Origin: Candidatus Berkelbacteria bacterium
GTDB taxonomy: Bacteria > Patescibacteriota > UBA1384 > 2-12-FULL-50-11
Direction of reading: 5' to 3'
Assembly: GCA_016432625.1 (NCBI GenBank)
Contig: CP066697.1
Span: 279,363 to 343,362, forward strand
Length of the DNA: 64,000 nt
Under the pieces are notes generated by a model. That model saw nothing but the letters and a program-made list of their open reading frames with translations. It did not search any database and had not been told where the DNA came from. The position numbers and the translations under genes are program-made. Shown here in pieces: positions 39,666 to 52,473 of this stretch (its first letter is position 1; each line of letters opens with the position of its first letter).

Positions 39666-42386
39666 ATGAGCGACGAAATTAACCCACAAGAAGAAATCGA
39701 AGAAACTCCGGAAGAATCAACGGAAGATAGTATTCCCCAAGACGAACCGTCGGCTGAAAGTACTGACGAGAGTAGTGAGGGCGCGCTTCTTGACGATTAC
39801 ATCGAGGAGGACAAACCAAAACAGACGGAATACGGCTTAATTAAGCCACGCTCGATTTATAACGAGATGTCCGACTCTTATCTCGATTACGCTATGAGCG
39901 TCATTGTCATGCGCGCTCTGCCAGATGTACGCGACGGCTTAAAACCAGTTCAACGCCGCATTCTTTACGCCATGAGCGAGATCGGACTGACGGCAAACGC
40001 CAAGCATCGAAAATCCGCCAAGATCGTCGGTGAAGTTCTAGGTAATTACCACCCGCATGGCGATATGGCTGTCTACGACGCGATGGTCCGTATGGCTCAG
40101 TGGTGGAGCCTGCGGATGCCGCTTGTTAATGGCCAAGGAAACTTTGGTTCGATGGACGGCGATTTCCCCGCAGCCCCGCGTTACACCGAAGCACGTTTAG
40201 CGACGCCTGCCGAAGCGCTGCTAGCAGATATCGATAAGAACACGGTTGATTTTCGGGAGAACTACGACGGCACTAAAATGGAGCCGAGCGTTCTTCCGAC
40301 ACGGCTGCCAAACCTCCTTATTAACGGTTCGCAAGGTATCGCTGTCGGTATGGCCACCAACATCCCGCCTCACAATCTCGACGAAATCGTCGAAGCACTA
40401 GTTTTATTAATTGATAAGCCAGACACGGAAATTGATGAGCTTCTAACGATCGTCAAAGGCCCGGACTTTCCAACATCAGGGATAATCTACAACCAAAAAG
40501 ACATAAACGAAGCGCTCTCCACAGGACGAGGTCGTATTATAATTCGCGGCCGAGCTGAAATTATAGAAGATAAACGCCGCGACTCAATTGTCGTTACCGA
40601 GTTGCCATATCAAGTGAACAAGGCCACCTTCATTACCCATATTGCCGATCTAGTTAAAGCGAAGAAGATCGAAGGTATCAGCGATATTCGCGACGAGTCA
40701 GACCGAAAAGACGGTGTACGAGTAGTAATTGAGCTAAAACAGGGTGCTCACGCTAATAAAATCTTAAACCAGCTCTACAGCCTGACCGAGCTGCAGACTG
40801 TTGTGCACTACAACATGGTGGCTCTAATCGACGGCATTCAGCCTCGCTTACTCAATCTGAGCGACGCCCTTGAGGAATTTATCGCCCACCGAATAGTTGT
40901 TGTCACCCGTCGTACCGAGTACGAGCTCGGCATTGCTAAGGATCGAGCCCATATTTTAGAAGGTCTAAAGATTGCTCTCGACCATCTCGACGAAATTATT
41001 GCCCTAATCCGTAAATCAGAAGATCGCGACGCCGCTAAGGCAGCGCTTGTGTCTCAATTTAAACTCAGTGAGCGTCAGGCCAACGCCATTCTGGATATGC
41101 GTTTGTCGCAACTTGCGAATCTGGAACGACAACGAGTTTACGATGAGTATGACGCAATCATGAAACTGATCGCCGACTTGGAAGACATCCTTGCTAAGCC
41201 CGAGCGCGTTCGTCAGATCGTCAAGGACGAATTGACGGATCTCAAGAAAAAGTACCACCAAGAACGCCTGACCGAAGTACGACCGGAACCACTTGGCGAA
41301 TTGGCGGCAACTGACTTAATTCCGCAGGAAAATGTTCTTATTAGTCTAACGGTCGGTAATTATGTCAAAAGGTTGACTACCGATACTTATAAATCGCAAT
41401 TACGTGGCGGTAAGGGTGTAATAGGTATGACGACCCGGGAAGATGACGCTGTTAAAGAAATTGTTTATGCCACAACCCATGACGACGTAATCTTCTTTAC
41501 AGACTGGGGTCGTGCCTTCCGTATTAAAGCGTACGAGATTCCTGCTTCCAGCCGACAAGCCAAGGGCATAGCCTTGCCGAACATTATCCGCATCTCACCG
41601 CAAGAAAAAGTTACGACGGTGCTGACTGTCAAACAATCTGACGAAGGGCATTTCTACTTTTTCGCCACCAAGAAAGGTACCGTCAAACGTGTCCCGGTGG
41701 AAGCGTTCACAAACGTTCGCAAAAGCGGCATTGCAGCCATTAATTTAAATAAAGGCGACCAGCTACTTTGGGTAAAACAGACCTCCGGCTCCGATGAAAT
41801 TGCTCAAATTACGCGTGACGGTCAAGTTATCGTTTATAACGAATCCGAAGTTCGCCAGATGGGCCGTGGCGCAGCCGGTGTGCGCGGCATTAAACTTAAA
41901 GGTGACGACGAAGTGATCGAGATGACTGTCCTAAATAGCGACTCACGCTCTGTAGTAGTTATTTCCGAACGTGGCATTGGTAAACAAGTCGATCTCAAAG
42001 AGTTCCGCAACCAGCACCGTGGCGGTAGTGGCGTACGCATAGCCAAGTTGAATGACAAAACGGGTCGTCTAGCCGACGGGGCTGTTGCGACCGCCGAGGC
42101 CAAAGATTTAATTATTAGTACTATTACTGGCCAAGTCATTCGAATCGGCGTTTCTTCAGTCAAGAAGCTTTCCCGTCAGGCCTCCGGCGTTATACTAATT
42201 CGTCTTAATGAAAACGATCGCGTTAGCTCCCTAACCGTCGTTGGCGAAGAAGCTGAGGAGGGCAACGTCGAGACTGCCGAAGCAGTAAAAACGAGTAACG
42301 ACGCTTCAGTTCCGACCGAAACCGAGGTAGAATTAGAGCCGACTGCTTCTGAGGGCTCTGTTGAGAGCGAGGAAGCGGAAAAGTAA
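39666..42386 (+). CDS. gyrA: DNA gyrase subunit A
   Basis: Active-site Tyr region ([10 protein letters not shown]), QRR-region HPHGD and a C-terminal beta-pinwheel with acidic tail. Confidence 0.95.
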   Translation: MSDEINPQEEIEETPEESTEDSIPQDEPSAESTDESSEGALLDDYIEEDKPKQTEYGLIKPRSIYNEMSDSYLDYAMSVIVMRALPDVRDGLKPVQRRILYAMSEIGLTANAKHRKSAKIVGEVLGNYHPHGDMAVYDAMVRMAQWWSLRMPLVNGQGNFGSMDGDFPAAPRYTEARLATPAEALLADIDKNTVDFRENYDGTKMEPSVLPTRLPNLLINGSQGIAVGMATNIPPHNLDEIVEALVLLIDKPDTEIDELLTIVKGPDFPTSGIIYNQKDINEALSTGRGRIIIRGRAEIIEDKRRDSIVVTELPYQVNKATFITHIADLVKAKKIEGISDIRDESDRKDGVRVVIELKQGAHANKILNQLYSLTELQTVVHYNMVALIDGIQPRLLNLSDALEEFIAHRIVVVTRRTEYELGIAKDRAHILEGLKIALDHLDEIIALIRKSEDRDAAKAALVSQFKLSERQANAILDMRLSQLANLERQRVYDEYDAIMKLIADLEDILAKPERVRQIVKDELTDLKKKYHQERLTEVRPEPLGELAATDLIPQENVLISLTVGNYVKRLTTDTYKSQLRGGKGVIGMTTREDDAVKEIVYATTHDDVIFFTDWGRAFRIKAYEIPASSRQAKGIALPNIIRISPQEKVTTVLTVKQSDEGHFYFFATKKGTVKRVPVEAFTNVRKSGIAAINLNKGDQLLWVKQTSGSDEIAQITRDGQVIVYNESEVRQMGRGAAGVRGIKLKGDDEVIEMTVLNSDSRSVVVISERGIGKQVDLKEFRNQHRGGSGVRIAKLNDKTGRLADGAVATAEAKDLIISTITGQVIRIGVSSVKKLSRQASGVILIRLNENDRVSSLTVVGEEAEEGNVETAEAVKTSNDASVPTETEVELEPTASEGSVESEEAEK

Positions 42387-42393
42387 TCGTCAA

Positions 42394-44100
42394 ATGACTG
42401 ATACAAAATTACTACATTTACCCGAAACAGTTTCGGTCCGGACACTTGCAAGCCAACTTAACGTTGAGCCGACTGCCGTAATCGGCAAATTAATTGCCAA
42501 CGGCGTGATGGCGCATATTAACCAGAACCTCGATTACGATACCGCCGCACTGTTGGCGGAAGAGTTTGGTTTCACGACTGAACCAGAGGTAAAAACTGCC
42601 GCGCAAATTACAAAATCAATTGACACCAAAAATGCCGAAGCCCGCGCGCCAATTGTGACGATCATGGGCCATGTTGATCACGGTAAAACGAGCTTACTTG
42701 ACTATATCCGCTCAACAAACGTTGCGGCCGGAGAATCCGGTGGAATTACGCAAAATATTTCCGCCTACCAGATAGACTTCACAACCAGCGACAAACAAAC
42801 AAGAAAAATTACTTTTATCGATACGCCTGGGCATGAGGCTTTCTCGGCCTTACGGGCGCACGGCGCGAGCATCACCGATTTGGTTGTGTTGGTAGTGGCG
42901 GCTGATGACGGCGTAAAACCGCAAACCATTGAAGCAATTAATCACGCTAAACTCGCCGGTGTGCCAATTATTGTCGCTATTAACAAAACTGACGTGGGCA
43001 AAGCAAACATCGAACGGGTCAAGCAACAGCTCGCGGAGCACGAACTAATTCCTGAAGAATGGGGCGGCAAGACTGTCATGACGCCGCTAAGCGCGAAGAC
43101 CGGTGACGGCGTAGACAATCTTCTCGAACTCATCATCCTAACTACTGACTTACTTGAATTGAAGGCAGACGCCAGCCTAAATCCTGAGGGAATCGTTTTA
43201 GAGGCCAACCTTGATAAGCAAGTTGGACCGATCGCTACGGTCCTCATATATAACGGCACACTCCACACTGGCCAAGTGCTCGTTGTCGGCAAGACCTATG
43301 GACGGATTCGCTCATTGGAAGACGACCGCGGCCGCAAACTACCTTCGGCAGGACCGGCTCAACCGGTAGTTATAACGGGCCTTAAAGATGTCCCGACGTT
43401 TGGTGACCGAATCGAAGCAGTGCCAAACGAAAAAGTGGCCAAAACCATGACGCAATCGGGCAGTAAAACAGGCTCCAAGACCGCTGGTGACTCGAATAAC
43501 TCCTTCCGGATCGTTTTGAAAGTTGATGTCGGCGGATCACTGGCCGCGCTCGAGGACTCGATTCACAAATTAAAAATAAAAGACGCAACCGTTGAGATCC
43601 TTAGTGCCGGAATCGGGCAGATTAATGAGAATGATATTAACCTTGCCAAGGCCTCTGGTGCTGCGGTAATTTCTTTCCGCTCAGCGCCTCTTAAGCGAGT
43701 CTTGGACTTAGCGGAAAAAGACGGCGTGCCAGTCAAGGAATTTTGGATCATTTACGAAGTTATTGATTTTCTTAAAGATAAGCTAACCGAAATTGCTACC
43801 CCAACTTACGTCACTATCGAAGTCGGCCGCCTGAAAGTGCTCGAAGTCTTCTCCGCCAAGGGGCCGAACGCCATCGCTGGTGGTGAGGTAACGGAAGGCG
43901 AAGTCTCAAAGAACAAAGATGTTGTCATCTTCCGAGAAAAAGAAGAAGTCGGTAAAGGCAAAGTGATTAGCGTTAAAATGGGCAAAGTGGATGTCGATAA
44001 AGCCGAAAAAGGTGCGCAGTGCGGTATGAGCCTTGAGCAATTATCAGCTCCAGTTGAAAAGGGTGACGTCTTGGTGTTTTCCGAGACAAAAGAAGAGTAA
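42394..44100 (+). CDS. infB: translation initiation factor IF-2 (short form)
   Basis: [13 protein letters not shown]1 motif, DTPGHEAF and NKTD. 569 aa. Confidence 0.9.
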   Translation: MTDTKLLHLPETVSVRTLASQLNVEPTAVIGKLIANGVMAHINQNLDYDTAALLAEEFGFTTEPEVKTAAQITKSIDTKNAEARAPIVTIMGHVDHGKTSLLDYIRSTNVAAGESGGITQNISAYQIDFTTSDKQTRKITFIDTPGHEAFSALRAHGASITDLVVLVVAADDGVKPQTIEAINHAKLAGVPIIVAINKTDVGKANIERVKQQLAEHELIPEEWGGKTVMTPLSAKTGDGVDNLLELIILTTDLLELKADASLNPEGIVLEANLDKQVGPIATVLIYNGTLHTGQVLVVGKTYGRIRSLEDDRGRKLPSAGPAQPVVITGLKDVPTFGDRIEAVPNEKVAKTMTQSGSKTGSKTAGDSNNSFRIVLKVDVGGSLAALEDSIHKLKIKDATVEILSAGIGQINENDINLAKASGAAVISFRSAPLKRVLDLAEKDGVPVKEFWIIYEVIDFLKDKLTEIATPTYVTIEVGRLKVLEVFSAKGPNAIAGGEVTEGEVSKNKDVVIFREKEEVGKGKVISVKMGKVDVDKAEKGAQCGMSLEQLSAPVEKGDVLVFSETKEE

Positions 44101-44103
44101 CTC

Positions 44104-44574
44104 ATGCCACACATTCACGATCTGATCGATTTCACGGTCGAGGCGTTTGTGGTTCATAAAAACAAGGTGCTGCTGCGGAAGCACGACAAGTACAATATGT
44201 GGCTTTCGGTCGGTGGGCATATTGAGCTAGATGAAGACCCGAACCAAGCCGCGCTCAGAGAAGTCAAAGAAGAGGTTGGGCTCGACGTTAAGATTATTGG
44301 TGAAGCGATCAATATTCCAGAGAATGGGCCCGAATATATGGAACTAATCCCGCCGCTATTTCTGAATCGTCACCGAATTAACCCTAATCACGAGCATGTC
44401 ACGCTTGTTTACTTTGCCACTAGCGACTCTGACAAGCTGAATTTAACTGACGGGGAAGAAAAAAGTGACGACTGTCGGTGGTTTACGCAGAGTGAGCTAA
44501 AGGAGCTCGAGGGTCTCCGGCCGTCAGTCAAGGCTCAGGCGTTACTTGCCCTGCAAAGACTAGCGACAAATTAA
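44104..44574 (+). CDS. NUDIX hydrolase
   Basis: Nudix box GGHIELDEDPNQAALREVKEEVGL. Confidence 0.8.
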   Translation: MPHIHDLIDFTVEAFVVHKNKVLLRKHDKYNMWLSVGGHIELDEDPNQAALREVKEEVGLDVKIIGEAINIPENGPEYMELIPPLFLNRHRINPNHEHVTLVYFATSDSDKLNLTDGEEKSDDCRWFTQSELKELEGLRPSVKAQALLALQRLATN

Positions 44575-44653
44575 TTGTTAGATCGCCGTTAGTAGTGGTA
44601 GGATTTATGAGGAGGGCATTATCGAGACCTTACAGAATATTTGGACAGGTTGG

Positions 44654-46168
44654 TTGCAGTTTGGTTTAGGGGCGACTAGTCGCCAAGCCTTCTTTGTCGT
44701 CGATCTTGTCATAAGCGCGATCATTATTTTCCTCATCCTGCGCTTCTTCAACTTCAAGAGAGGCCTAGCTTATTTTCTGGTAGTTTTTGGCGCTATCGTT
44801 GGCCTAGTAATCTCCGCTAATTACACTTTGCCAGCGCTTCACTTGCTCTCTCAGCTAATTTTAACCGTGCTGATTGTCGGTTTGCCGCTTTTCTTTGAGG
44901 AGAAATGGTTAGCATTATTCAATCGTGGTACGACCAACGATTTTCCGAGCGCTCCAAAACCGCGATACCTTAATACTTTTTGGATGGCACTTATCTCGCT
45001 TGTTGTTGGGCTCTTGTTTGCGGCGATCAGTAACGGCCCCGGTGTTAAAACCGCAGAATTACCACAGGGGGTGGCGGTCTCAGCCACAAACTTGAAGGAA
45101 GGCATTAGCGCCAATTTTGGCTCACAGAAACGGATAAGCGTTATAGTTCAAGCGCCCCGCTCGGTTTGGGCGACACTTAAAGACGAGGATTTCTCGGCTT
45201 CGGCTGATGTTAAAAATCTTGAAGAAGGAACTCACGAGGTAGCAATTATGGTTACCAGTAAAAAGAGCGACGTCAAAATTGTCCGAACCAAGCCAACGAA
45301 GGTCACGGTTACATTAGAGCCGGTGATACGTAAAACAGTTGCCGTCGTGGCGCGCTACGTTGGTAAGGCTGGAAACGACTTGGTTCCGGGTGACCCGGTT
45401 TTCGATCCAGACAAAGCCGAGATCACCGGACCCAAATCTGTTGTTGAAGACGTGAGCCAGGCGGTTGTGGAGGTTAAGTTAGACGGATTAGCGCAAAACA
45501 TTGACCAGAAATTTCGCTTAGTAGCCTTGAACTCTAGCGGCCAGGTTATAGAAGATGTCACGTTTTTGCCCGTAGAAGTCGCTGCTAAGGTGCCGCTTGT
45601 TAAGGCTGGCAAGCTTAAAACGGTCGGCATTAAGGTCAAGACGACCGGTGCGCCAACCGCCGGTTATTGGGTTGAACAACTCCTACCAACACCTAGCACC
45701 GTTGTCGTTACAGGTTCGGCTGATGCTCTCGATAAACTAACATTTATTGAAACCGATGCTGTTTCTGTTTCTGGGCTGAGCGCTGATAGCGAGGTCCAGA
45801 TTACTCTGGCTTTTCCAAGTGGTATCGCCGCGGCCGAGCCGATTAACAAAGTCACGGTCAAGATTGACCTCAGTGAAACAAACTCGGTTAAAACAATCGC
45901 CCCGACTATCACCTATGACGGCGTTGATGCTTCACTGAAAGTCACCACTATCAACCCGACCTCAGTTAGTGTTGTTGTCAGTGGCACTAACCAAGTGCTA
46001 AACGCCCTCAACGGCGGCGACATTAACTTAAAGCTCAATTTATCTGCCTATAAGTCGGCCGGAACCTATGCCGTGACGATTAAAAATGAAAACTTTGTGA
46101 TGAAAGAGGGGACGGCACTTGTTAGTTTCCTTCCCTCGGTCATCAATGTTACATTAGAGCTGAAGTGA
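44654..46168 (+). CDS. YbbR-like repeat protein (CdaR-like) with N-terminal TM region
   Basis: Multiple ~80-aa beta-rich repeats after hydrophobic N-terminal helices. Confidence 0.55.
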   Translation: MQFGLGATSRQAFFVVDLVISAIIIFLILRFFNFKRGLAYFLVVFGAIVGLVISANYTLPALHLLSQLILTVLIVGLPLFFEEKWLALFNRGTTNDFPSAPKPRYLNTFWMALISLVVGLLFAAISNGPGVKTAELPQGVAVSATNLKEGISANFGSQKRISVIVQAPRSVWATLKDEDFSASADVKNLEEGTHEVAIMVTSKKSDVKIVRTKPTKVTVTLEPVIRKTVAVVARYVGKAGNDLVPGDPVFDPDKAEITGPKSVVEDVSQAVVEVKLDGLAQNIDQKFRLVALNSSGQVIEDVTFLPVEVAAKVPLVKAGKLKTVGIKVKTTGAPTAGYWVEQLLPTPSTVVVTGSADALDKLTFIETDAVSVSGLSADSEVQITLAFPSGIAAAEPINKVTVKIDLSETNSVKTIAPTITYDGVDASLKVTTINPTSVSVVVSGTNQVLNALNGGDINLKLNLSAYKSAGTYAVTIKNENFVMKEGTALVSFLPSVINVTLELK

Positions 46169-46515
46169 TGAGACACGATTCAAAACACCACTCAAAGAAG
46201 CACTGGGAGCAATGGCTAAAGCTGAACGGCACCGGTGTTGGAGTAGTGACGATTTCACTGGTCGTCCTCGCCGGAGTTATCGGACTCTATCTGCTCGACA
46301 TTCGCCTCAGCCCTAGTGATATCCGTACTGAGAATAATGTCACCGTTCGTCTCCAAGTAACTGATCACGACGCAACAAGTTTTTTAATTAACAGCCTCAC
46401 TGACAACTCTCAATCACCCGTCTATAACGACAGTCAATTGAAACAAATTAATCGCGAGACTTCTGGACGAATCCCGACGATGTTCAGAATTCAAGGAACG
46501 CTAACTTACCGATGA
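46165..46515 (+). CDS. small membrane-anchored protein (116 aa)
   Basis: Translationally coupled to neighbouring genes. One TM helix. Confidence 0.45.
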   Translation: MMRHDSKHHSKKHWEQWLKLNGTGVGVVTISLVVLAGVIGLYLLDIRLSPSDIRTENNVTVRLQVTDHDATSFLINSLTDNSQSPVYNDSQLKQINRETSGRIPTMFRIQGTLTYR

Positions 46516-47912
46516 ATAACAAGTTAAAGGTAGTTGTACTGGGTCTTGCCGGGGTGATTGGCAGCTTTTTGTTCGCAGTCACACCAGTGCTGGCGCAAGC
46601 GGAGTTAAAGATAAACTTGCCGCCGAGATTGATTTTTACTCCTAACGAGTTTCTTTTTAATAGAGACAAATATGTTTTCCGTGAAAATCCGCCAAGGCTT
46701 GACCCTAACGGTTCCATAAGTGGTACTCAGATAGTACGCGTTGAGACAGTAGACCAAGATCAGGGCACTGGTGGGGATGAACGCGGCGAATACTATCGGA
46801 TTATTGTCGGCAATATCGAAAAAAACTGGTTTGGTTACAACCCTCTGCAAAAAAGTAAGAAGCTTTTTGCCAATCTTGTGCCAATGGTTGAACGTGTTAA
46901 AGCTTACGCGCCTCCACCGGCAACCAATATTTTACTTTTCCGCCGAGCCTACCCGTTTCGTTTGACACTTAAACAGCCTGTTTCAGCCGAGAATATCGAT
47001 ACACTTGCCGCGTATATATCCGAAAAGGGCAGAAAGGATAACGCCTTTTTCGGCTCTACGACGTGTCAAGAGGACGGATCCCGCTCTTTTATATGTTTTA
47101 AAGAGACAGTGATTGTCACTAACCCCGATACCTCACAGATCACCTTGACGCTCAGTCAAAAGACAAAACTTAGTGGCATTTACGTACAGGGTAATATTGC
47201 GGCACCGCAACAAATTGCTCATCTTCGCCTGGCTCCTAACGCCATTGCTGTTGGTGGCAGTTTTCAAGACGTGACTGGCACTAAGTTGGACCAATATCTG
47301 CGGGATACACCCACGTCGCAAATCAAATGGGACGGAGCTGACGGCGCCGCCGCTAAGATTGATCAGCTCTACGAGAAGCGAACCCGCGGTACGACCATTG
47401 GTCGAAGTGTTATCAGTGGCGTTTGGTACCTCAACACAGCCAGCGATAATCCGGCTGAGTTCCAAACCCCAACTTCTTTCACTTCGCCGCCCGATGGCCG
47501 TTTATGGAACGTTAATCCGGCCAATAACACTTTCACCTTCAATGACGTCGATTTCCGCGGACAGGGAACGGTTGTAATTAACGGTAATGCGATCTTTAAC
47601 GGCTCCGTAAAATGCTCTGATTCGAAGCGTGTGGGTGTGCTGGTGCGTGGTAATATCGTCTTCAATACTACTCACGTTGAATGTGGTGCCTACGTTGCCT
47701 TAGGAAGCGGCGCGGCCGGGTTCATTGATATCGCGGCTGAACCGCCAGCCGACGGCGGGACAGTACGGGGTATATTTGTCGCTAAAGGCAACATTACTAT
47801 CCCGAATGCAGCTGCTTCGCCGCTCCTAATTGATTATGACGGCGCGTTTGCTCAGCAACCGACAGTTCTATTCAAGGAACTACTGACAATTCTGCTCATA
47901 GCCTTGTCGTAA
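46512..47912 (+). CDS. secreted hypothetical protein (466 aa, signal peptide)
   Basis: N-terminal signal peptide ending in AQA, then a Gly/Asn/Thr-rich beta-type sequence. Confidence 0.55.
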   Translation: MNNKLKVVVLGLAGVIGSFLFAVTPVLAQAELKINLPPRLIFTPNEFLFNRDKYVFRENPPRLDPNGSISGTQIVRVETVDQDQGTGGDERGEYYRIIVGNIEKNWFGYNPLQKSKKLFANLVPMVERVKAYAPPPATNILLFRRAYPFRLTLKQPVSAENIDTLAAYISEKGRKDNAFFGSTTCQEDGSRSFICFKETVIVTNPDTSQITLTLSQKTKLSGIYVQGNIAAPQQIAHLRLAPNAIAVGGSFQDVTGTKLDQYLRDTPTSQIKWDGADGAAAKIDQLYEKRTRGTTIGRSVISGVWYLNTASDNPAEFQTPTSFTSPPDGRLWNVNPANNTFTFNDVDFRGQGTVVINGNAIFNGSVKCSDSKRVGVLVRGNIVFNTTHVECGAYVALGSGAAGFIDIAAEPPADGGTVRGIFVAKGNITIPNAAASPLLIDYDGAFAQQPTVLFKELLTILLIALS

Positions 47913-48935
<1,023 letters not shown>

Positions 48936-49128
48936 CAAAAAGTTAATCTGGGCTACTATAAGCGTAGCTTAGTAAGAAACCGAAATGCGACAGGCAGCCG
49001 CTAGGATACTGCACGTATCCTAGTCGATTTCGCGCATTTAACAATTGAATAAACATGCCGCACGGGTGGGTGGCAAATAAGAGCTTGAGGAGGCTAAACT
49101 GCGTAAGTATTTTCGACCGCTGGAGTCG

Positions 49129-52100
49129 GTGACTAGTTTTTCGAACTTAATCGAAGTGCAGCTAAAGAGCTATCTATGGTTGTTTGAAGAGGGTTTGGGC
49201 GAACTATTAAATGAAGTTTCGCCAGTAGAGGACTTTACGGGGAAAGTTTTCTCTTTGGAATTCGGCGAGTATTCGTTAGACAAGCCGAAATACGACGAGA
49301 AGACCGCCAAAGACAAGAATCTAACTTTTAAAGCGCCGCTACGGTGCAAGGTTAAGCTTGTTAATAAGTTGACTAATAAATCAAAGACCGGAGAGGTCTT
49401 TTTGGGCGACTTCCCATTAATGACCGAACGGGGAACGTTTATTATTAACGGTGTTGAGCGAGTTGTGGTTAGCCAAATTGTCCGTTCGTTCGGAATCTTT
49501 TTTGTCTCGGAAGAAATTGGCGCCAGACGCCTATTCGGCGCCAAGGTAATTCCTAACCGCGGTGCTTGGCTTGAGTTTGAGACCAACTCTCGCGACGTAA
49601 TCTCCGTGAAAGTTGATCGAAAACGACGCATTCCTGCCACCACCTTCCTCCGCGCTCTTGGTAAATACGACGACGCAAAAATTAAGAGTCTATTCAAAGA
49701 TATCGATACCAACCCGGACCACCATTACATCGACGCTACGCTTGCTCGTGACCCGGCCAAAACTCAAGAAGAGGCTGTGGTAGAAGTTTACAAGCGTATT
49801 CGTCCAGGGGATCTGGTAACGCCAGAAACAGCCGAAACGTTTATTCAGACTATTTTCTTCAACTCGAAACGCTACGACCTCGGTCGCGTTGGCCGCTACA
49901 AAATTAACCAGCGACTTGAAATGAATCTGCCGAATAACGCGACTAACCGCGTGTTGCGCGTTGAGGATATCGTTTCCACAATTCGTGAAATTATCCGCCT
50001 CAACAATACCCCAGGCGCCGAGCAAGATGATGTTGATCACTTGAAGAATCGCCGTGTTAAAGCCGTCGGCGAACTGGTCCAGAACCGCCTTCGTGTCGGC
50101 CTACTTCGTATGGAGCGCATTATCAAGGACAGAATGAGTCAGATTGTCGATCCGGAAGAGGTAAACCCGGTCACGCTTGTTAACTCCCGACCGGTAGCGG
50201 CAATTTTGCAAGAATTCTTCGCCTCTTCTCAGATGAGCCAATTCATGAACCAAACCAACCCGCTTGCCGAGTTGGAGCACAAACGGACGCTTTCTGCGAC
50301 CGGCCCAGGTGGTTTATCACGCGAACACGCCGGCTTTGATGTCCGTGACGTTCACCGTTCGCACTACGGTCGTATCTGCCCGATTACCACTCCGGAAGGT
50401 CAGAACATTGGTTTAGTTGGCTACCTTGCAACTAGCGCCCGCGTTAACGAATACGGCTTCATTGAAACTCCGTTCCGTAAAATTGAACATAAAGACAACA
50501 AGGCACGCGTTACAGAAAAGGTTGAGTACCTCGACGCCTACGAAGAAGAAAAGTACACCCTAGCGCCGTATTCGGCCAAAGTTGACGACAAAGGTTACGT
50601 TATCGGCTCACGAATTATCGCCCGCCGAGGCGGTGATCCAGTTGTTGAAGCAACCGGTAAGGTTGACTACATCGATATCTCGCCACAGCAGATCGGCGCT
50701 ATTGCCGTTGCGCTTATCCCGTTCGTCGAACACGACGACGCCGTCCGCGCCTCCATGGGTTCTAACATGCAACGTCAAGCCGTGCCGCTGGTCCGCAGCG
50801 AAGCGCCTATTATCGGTACTGGGCTAGAAGGTTCCGTTAAGGATTCTGGTCAGCTCATTGTCGCCGAAGAAGATGGCGAAGTATCGTACGTTGACGCCGC
50901 TAAAATCGTGCTCAAAACTAAGCGTGGCGAAAAAACTTACGACCTCTTGAAGTTCTCCCGCTCAAACCAGTCGACTTGTATTAACCAGCGACCAATCGTG
51001 GAGATCGGTCAGAAGGTTAAGATCGGCGACGTGATCGCCGACTCCTCGGCAAGTGATCAGGGCGAACTGGCTATCGGCCAGAACGTGACCGTCGCTTATA
51101 TGAGCTGGGGCGGCTACAACTATGAAGACGCCATCATCGTTAGCGAACGTCTAGTTAAAGACGATCGCTACACCTCAATTCACATTGAAAAATATTCTGC
51201 TGAAGTGCGCGACACTAAACTTGGCCCGGAATTAGTCACGCGCGACATTCCTAATGTCGGCGACGAAGCACTAGCCAACCTTGATGAGCAGGGCATTGTC
51301 CGCATCGGCGCCGAGGTCTCAGCCGGCGACATTTTGGTCGGTAAAATTACTCCTAAAGGAGAAACCGAACTAACGGCTGAGGAAAAACTACTCCGAGCCA
51401 TCTTTGGCGAAAAGGCCAAAGACGTTAAGGACACCTCACTGCGCTTGCCTCACGGTGAGTACGGTAAGGTAGTCGCCGTCAAGATTTTCTCCAAAGAACA
51501 AGGCGACGAACTACCAGCCGGCGTTTATCAGCAAATCGAAGTCTCAGTGGCTCAAATGCGCAAAGTCACCGTTGGTGACAAAATGGCCGGCCGACACGGT
51601 AACAAGGGTGTCATCTCTAGGGTCGTTCCAGAAGAGGACATGCCGTTCCTACCTGACGGTACGCCAGTTGACATCATCTTGAACCCGCTCGGCGTTATTT
51701 CGCGCATGAACCTCGGACAAATTCTTGAAACCCACCTAGGCTGGGCCGCAAAGAAGCTCGGCTACCGGGTTGCTTCGCCGGCTTTTCACGGCGTTCCAGT
51801 TGCCGAGATCGAAAAAGAACTCGCCAAAGCTGACTTGCCAGTATCCGGCAAGATCCAACTGCGAAACGGTCGCGACGGTAACGATTACGACCAAGAAACA
51901 ACCGTCGGCATTAAATACTTACTGAAACTAATTCACCTTGTCGACGACAAGATGCACGCCCGCTCAACCGGCCCGTACTCCATGGTCACTCAGCAGCCGC
52001 TCGGTGGTAAAGCCCAATTCGGCGGTCAGCGATTTGGTGAAATGGAAGTGTGGGCATTGGAAGCTTACGGCGCCGCCCATACCTTACAAGAAATGCTGAC

Positions 52101-52473
52101 GATTAAATCTGACGACGTTATCGGCCGAGCCAAAGCTTACGAAGCGATTATTAAGGGCGAAACTATTCAGAAACCACAGATCCCGGCCTCATTTGCCGTT
52201 CTCGTGCGTGAGCTTGAATCGCTAGGCTTAAACGTTGAAGTCATCGAAACAGAAGAAAAGATGAATGAGATTACTGAAGAGCAAAGCTTGCTTGAAGACC
52301 AGGGCCTGCCAGAAGGCAAGCTGCGAATTACCGACCCGTTGGGCGAAGACGCCGACGAGATGGTTCGTGATACCGCTGCTCGCCAAACCGCAATCGACGA
52401 ATCACCGGAAGAGCAAGAGGTACTCACCAGAAAATCAGCCTCAAAAGCTTCCAAAGAAAGGAAGGAGGACTAA
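49129..52473 (+). CDS. rpoB: DNA-directed RNA polymerase subunit beta (true start probably upstream, non-canonical)
   Basis: 1114 aa, unmistakable RpoB. Conserved N-terminal residues (LRKYFRPLES) are encoded upstream of the listed GTG with no ATG/GTG/TTG in frame. Confidence 0.95.
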   Translation: MTSFSNLIEVQLKSYLWLFEEGLGELLNEVSPVEDFTGKVFSLEFGEYSLDKPKYDEKTAKDKNLTFKAPLRCKVKLVNKLTNKSKTGEVFLGDFPLMTERGTFIINGVERVVVSQIVRSFGIFFVSEEIGARRLFGAKVIPNRGAWLEFETNSRDVISVKVDRKRRIPATTFLRALGKYDDAKIKSLFKDIDTNPDHHYIDATLARDPAKTQEEAVVEVYKRIRPGDLVTPETAETFIQTIFFNSKRYDLGRVGRYKINQRLEMNLPNNATNRVLRVEDIVSTIREIIRLNNTPGAEQDDVDHLKNRRVKAVGELVQNRLRVGLLRMERIIKDRMSQIVDPEEVNPVTLVNSRPVAAILQEFFASSQMSQFMNQTNPLAELEHKRTLSATGPGGLSREHAGFDVRDVHRSHYGRICPITTPEGQNIGLVGYLATSARVNEYGFIETPFRKIEHKDNKARVTEKVEYLDAYEEEKYTLAPYSAKVDDKGYVIGSRIIARRGGDPVVEATGKVDYIDISPQQIGAIAVALIPFVEHDDAVRASMGSNMQRQAVPLVRSEAPIIGTGLEGSVKDSGQLIVAEEDGEVSYVDAAKIVLKTKRGEKTYDLLKFSRSNQSTCINQRPIVEIGQKVKIGDVIADSSASDQGELAIGQNVTVAYMSWGGYNYEDAIIVSERLVKDDRYTSIHIEKYSAEVRDTKLGPELVTRDIPNVGDEALANLDEQGIVRIGAEVSAGDILVGKITPKGETELTAEEKLLRAIFGEKAKDVKDTSLRLPHGEYGKVVAVKIFSKEQGDELPAGVYQQIEVSVAQMRKVTVGDKMAGRHGNKGVISRVVPEEDMPFLPDGTPVDIILNPLGVISRMNLGQILETHLGWAAKKLGYRVASPAFHGVPVAEIEKELAKADLPVSGKIQLRNGRDGNDYDQETTVGIKYLLKLIHLVDDKMHARSTGPYSMVTQQPLGGKAQFGGQRFGEMEVWALEAYGAAHTLQEMLTIKSDDVIGRAKAYEAIIKGETIQKPQIPASFAVLVRELESLGLNVEVIETEEKMNEITEEQSLLEDQGLPEGKLRITDPLGEDADEMVRDTAARQTAIDESPEEQEVLTRKSASKASKERKED

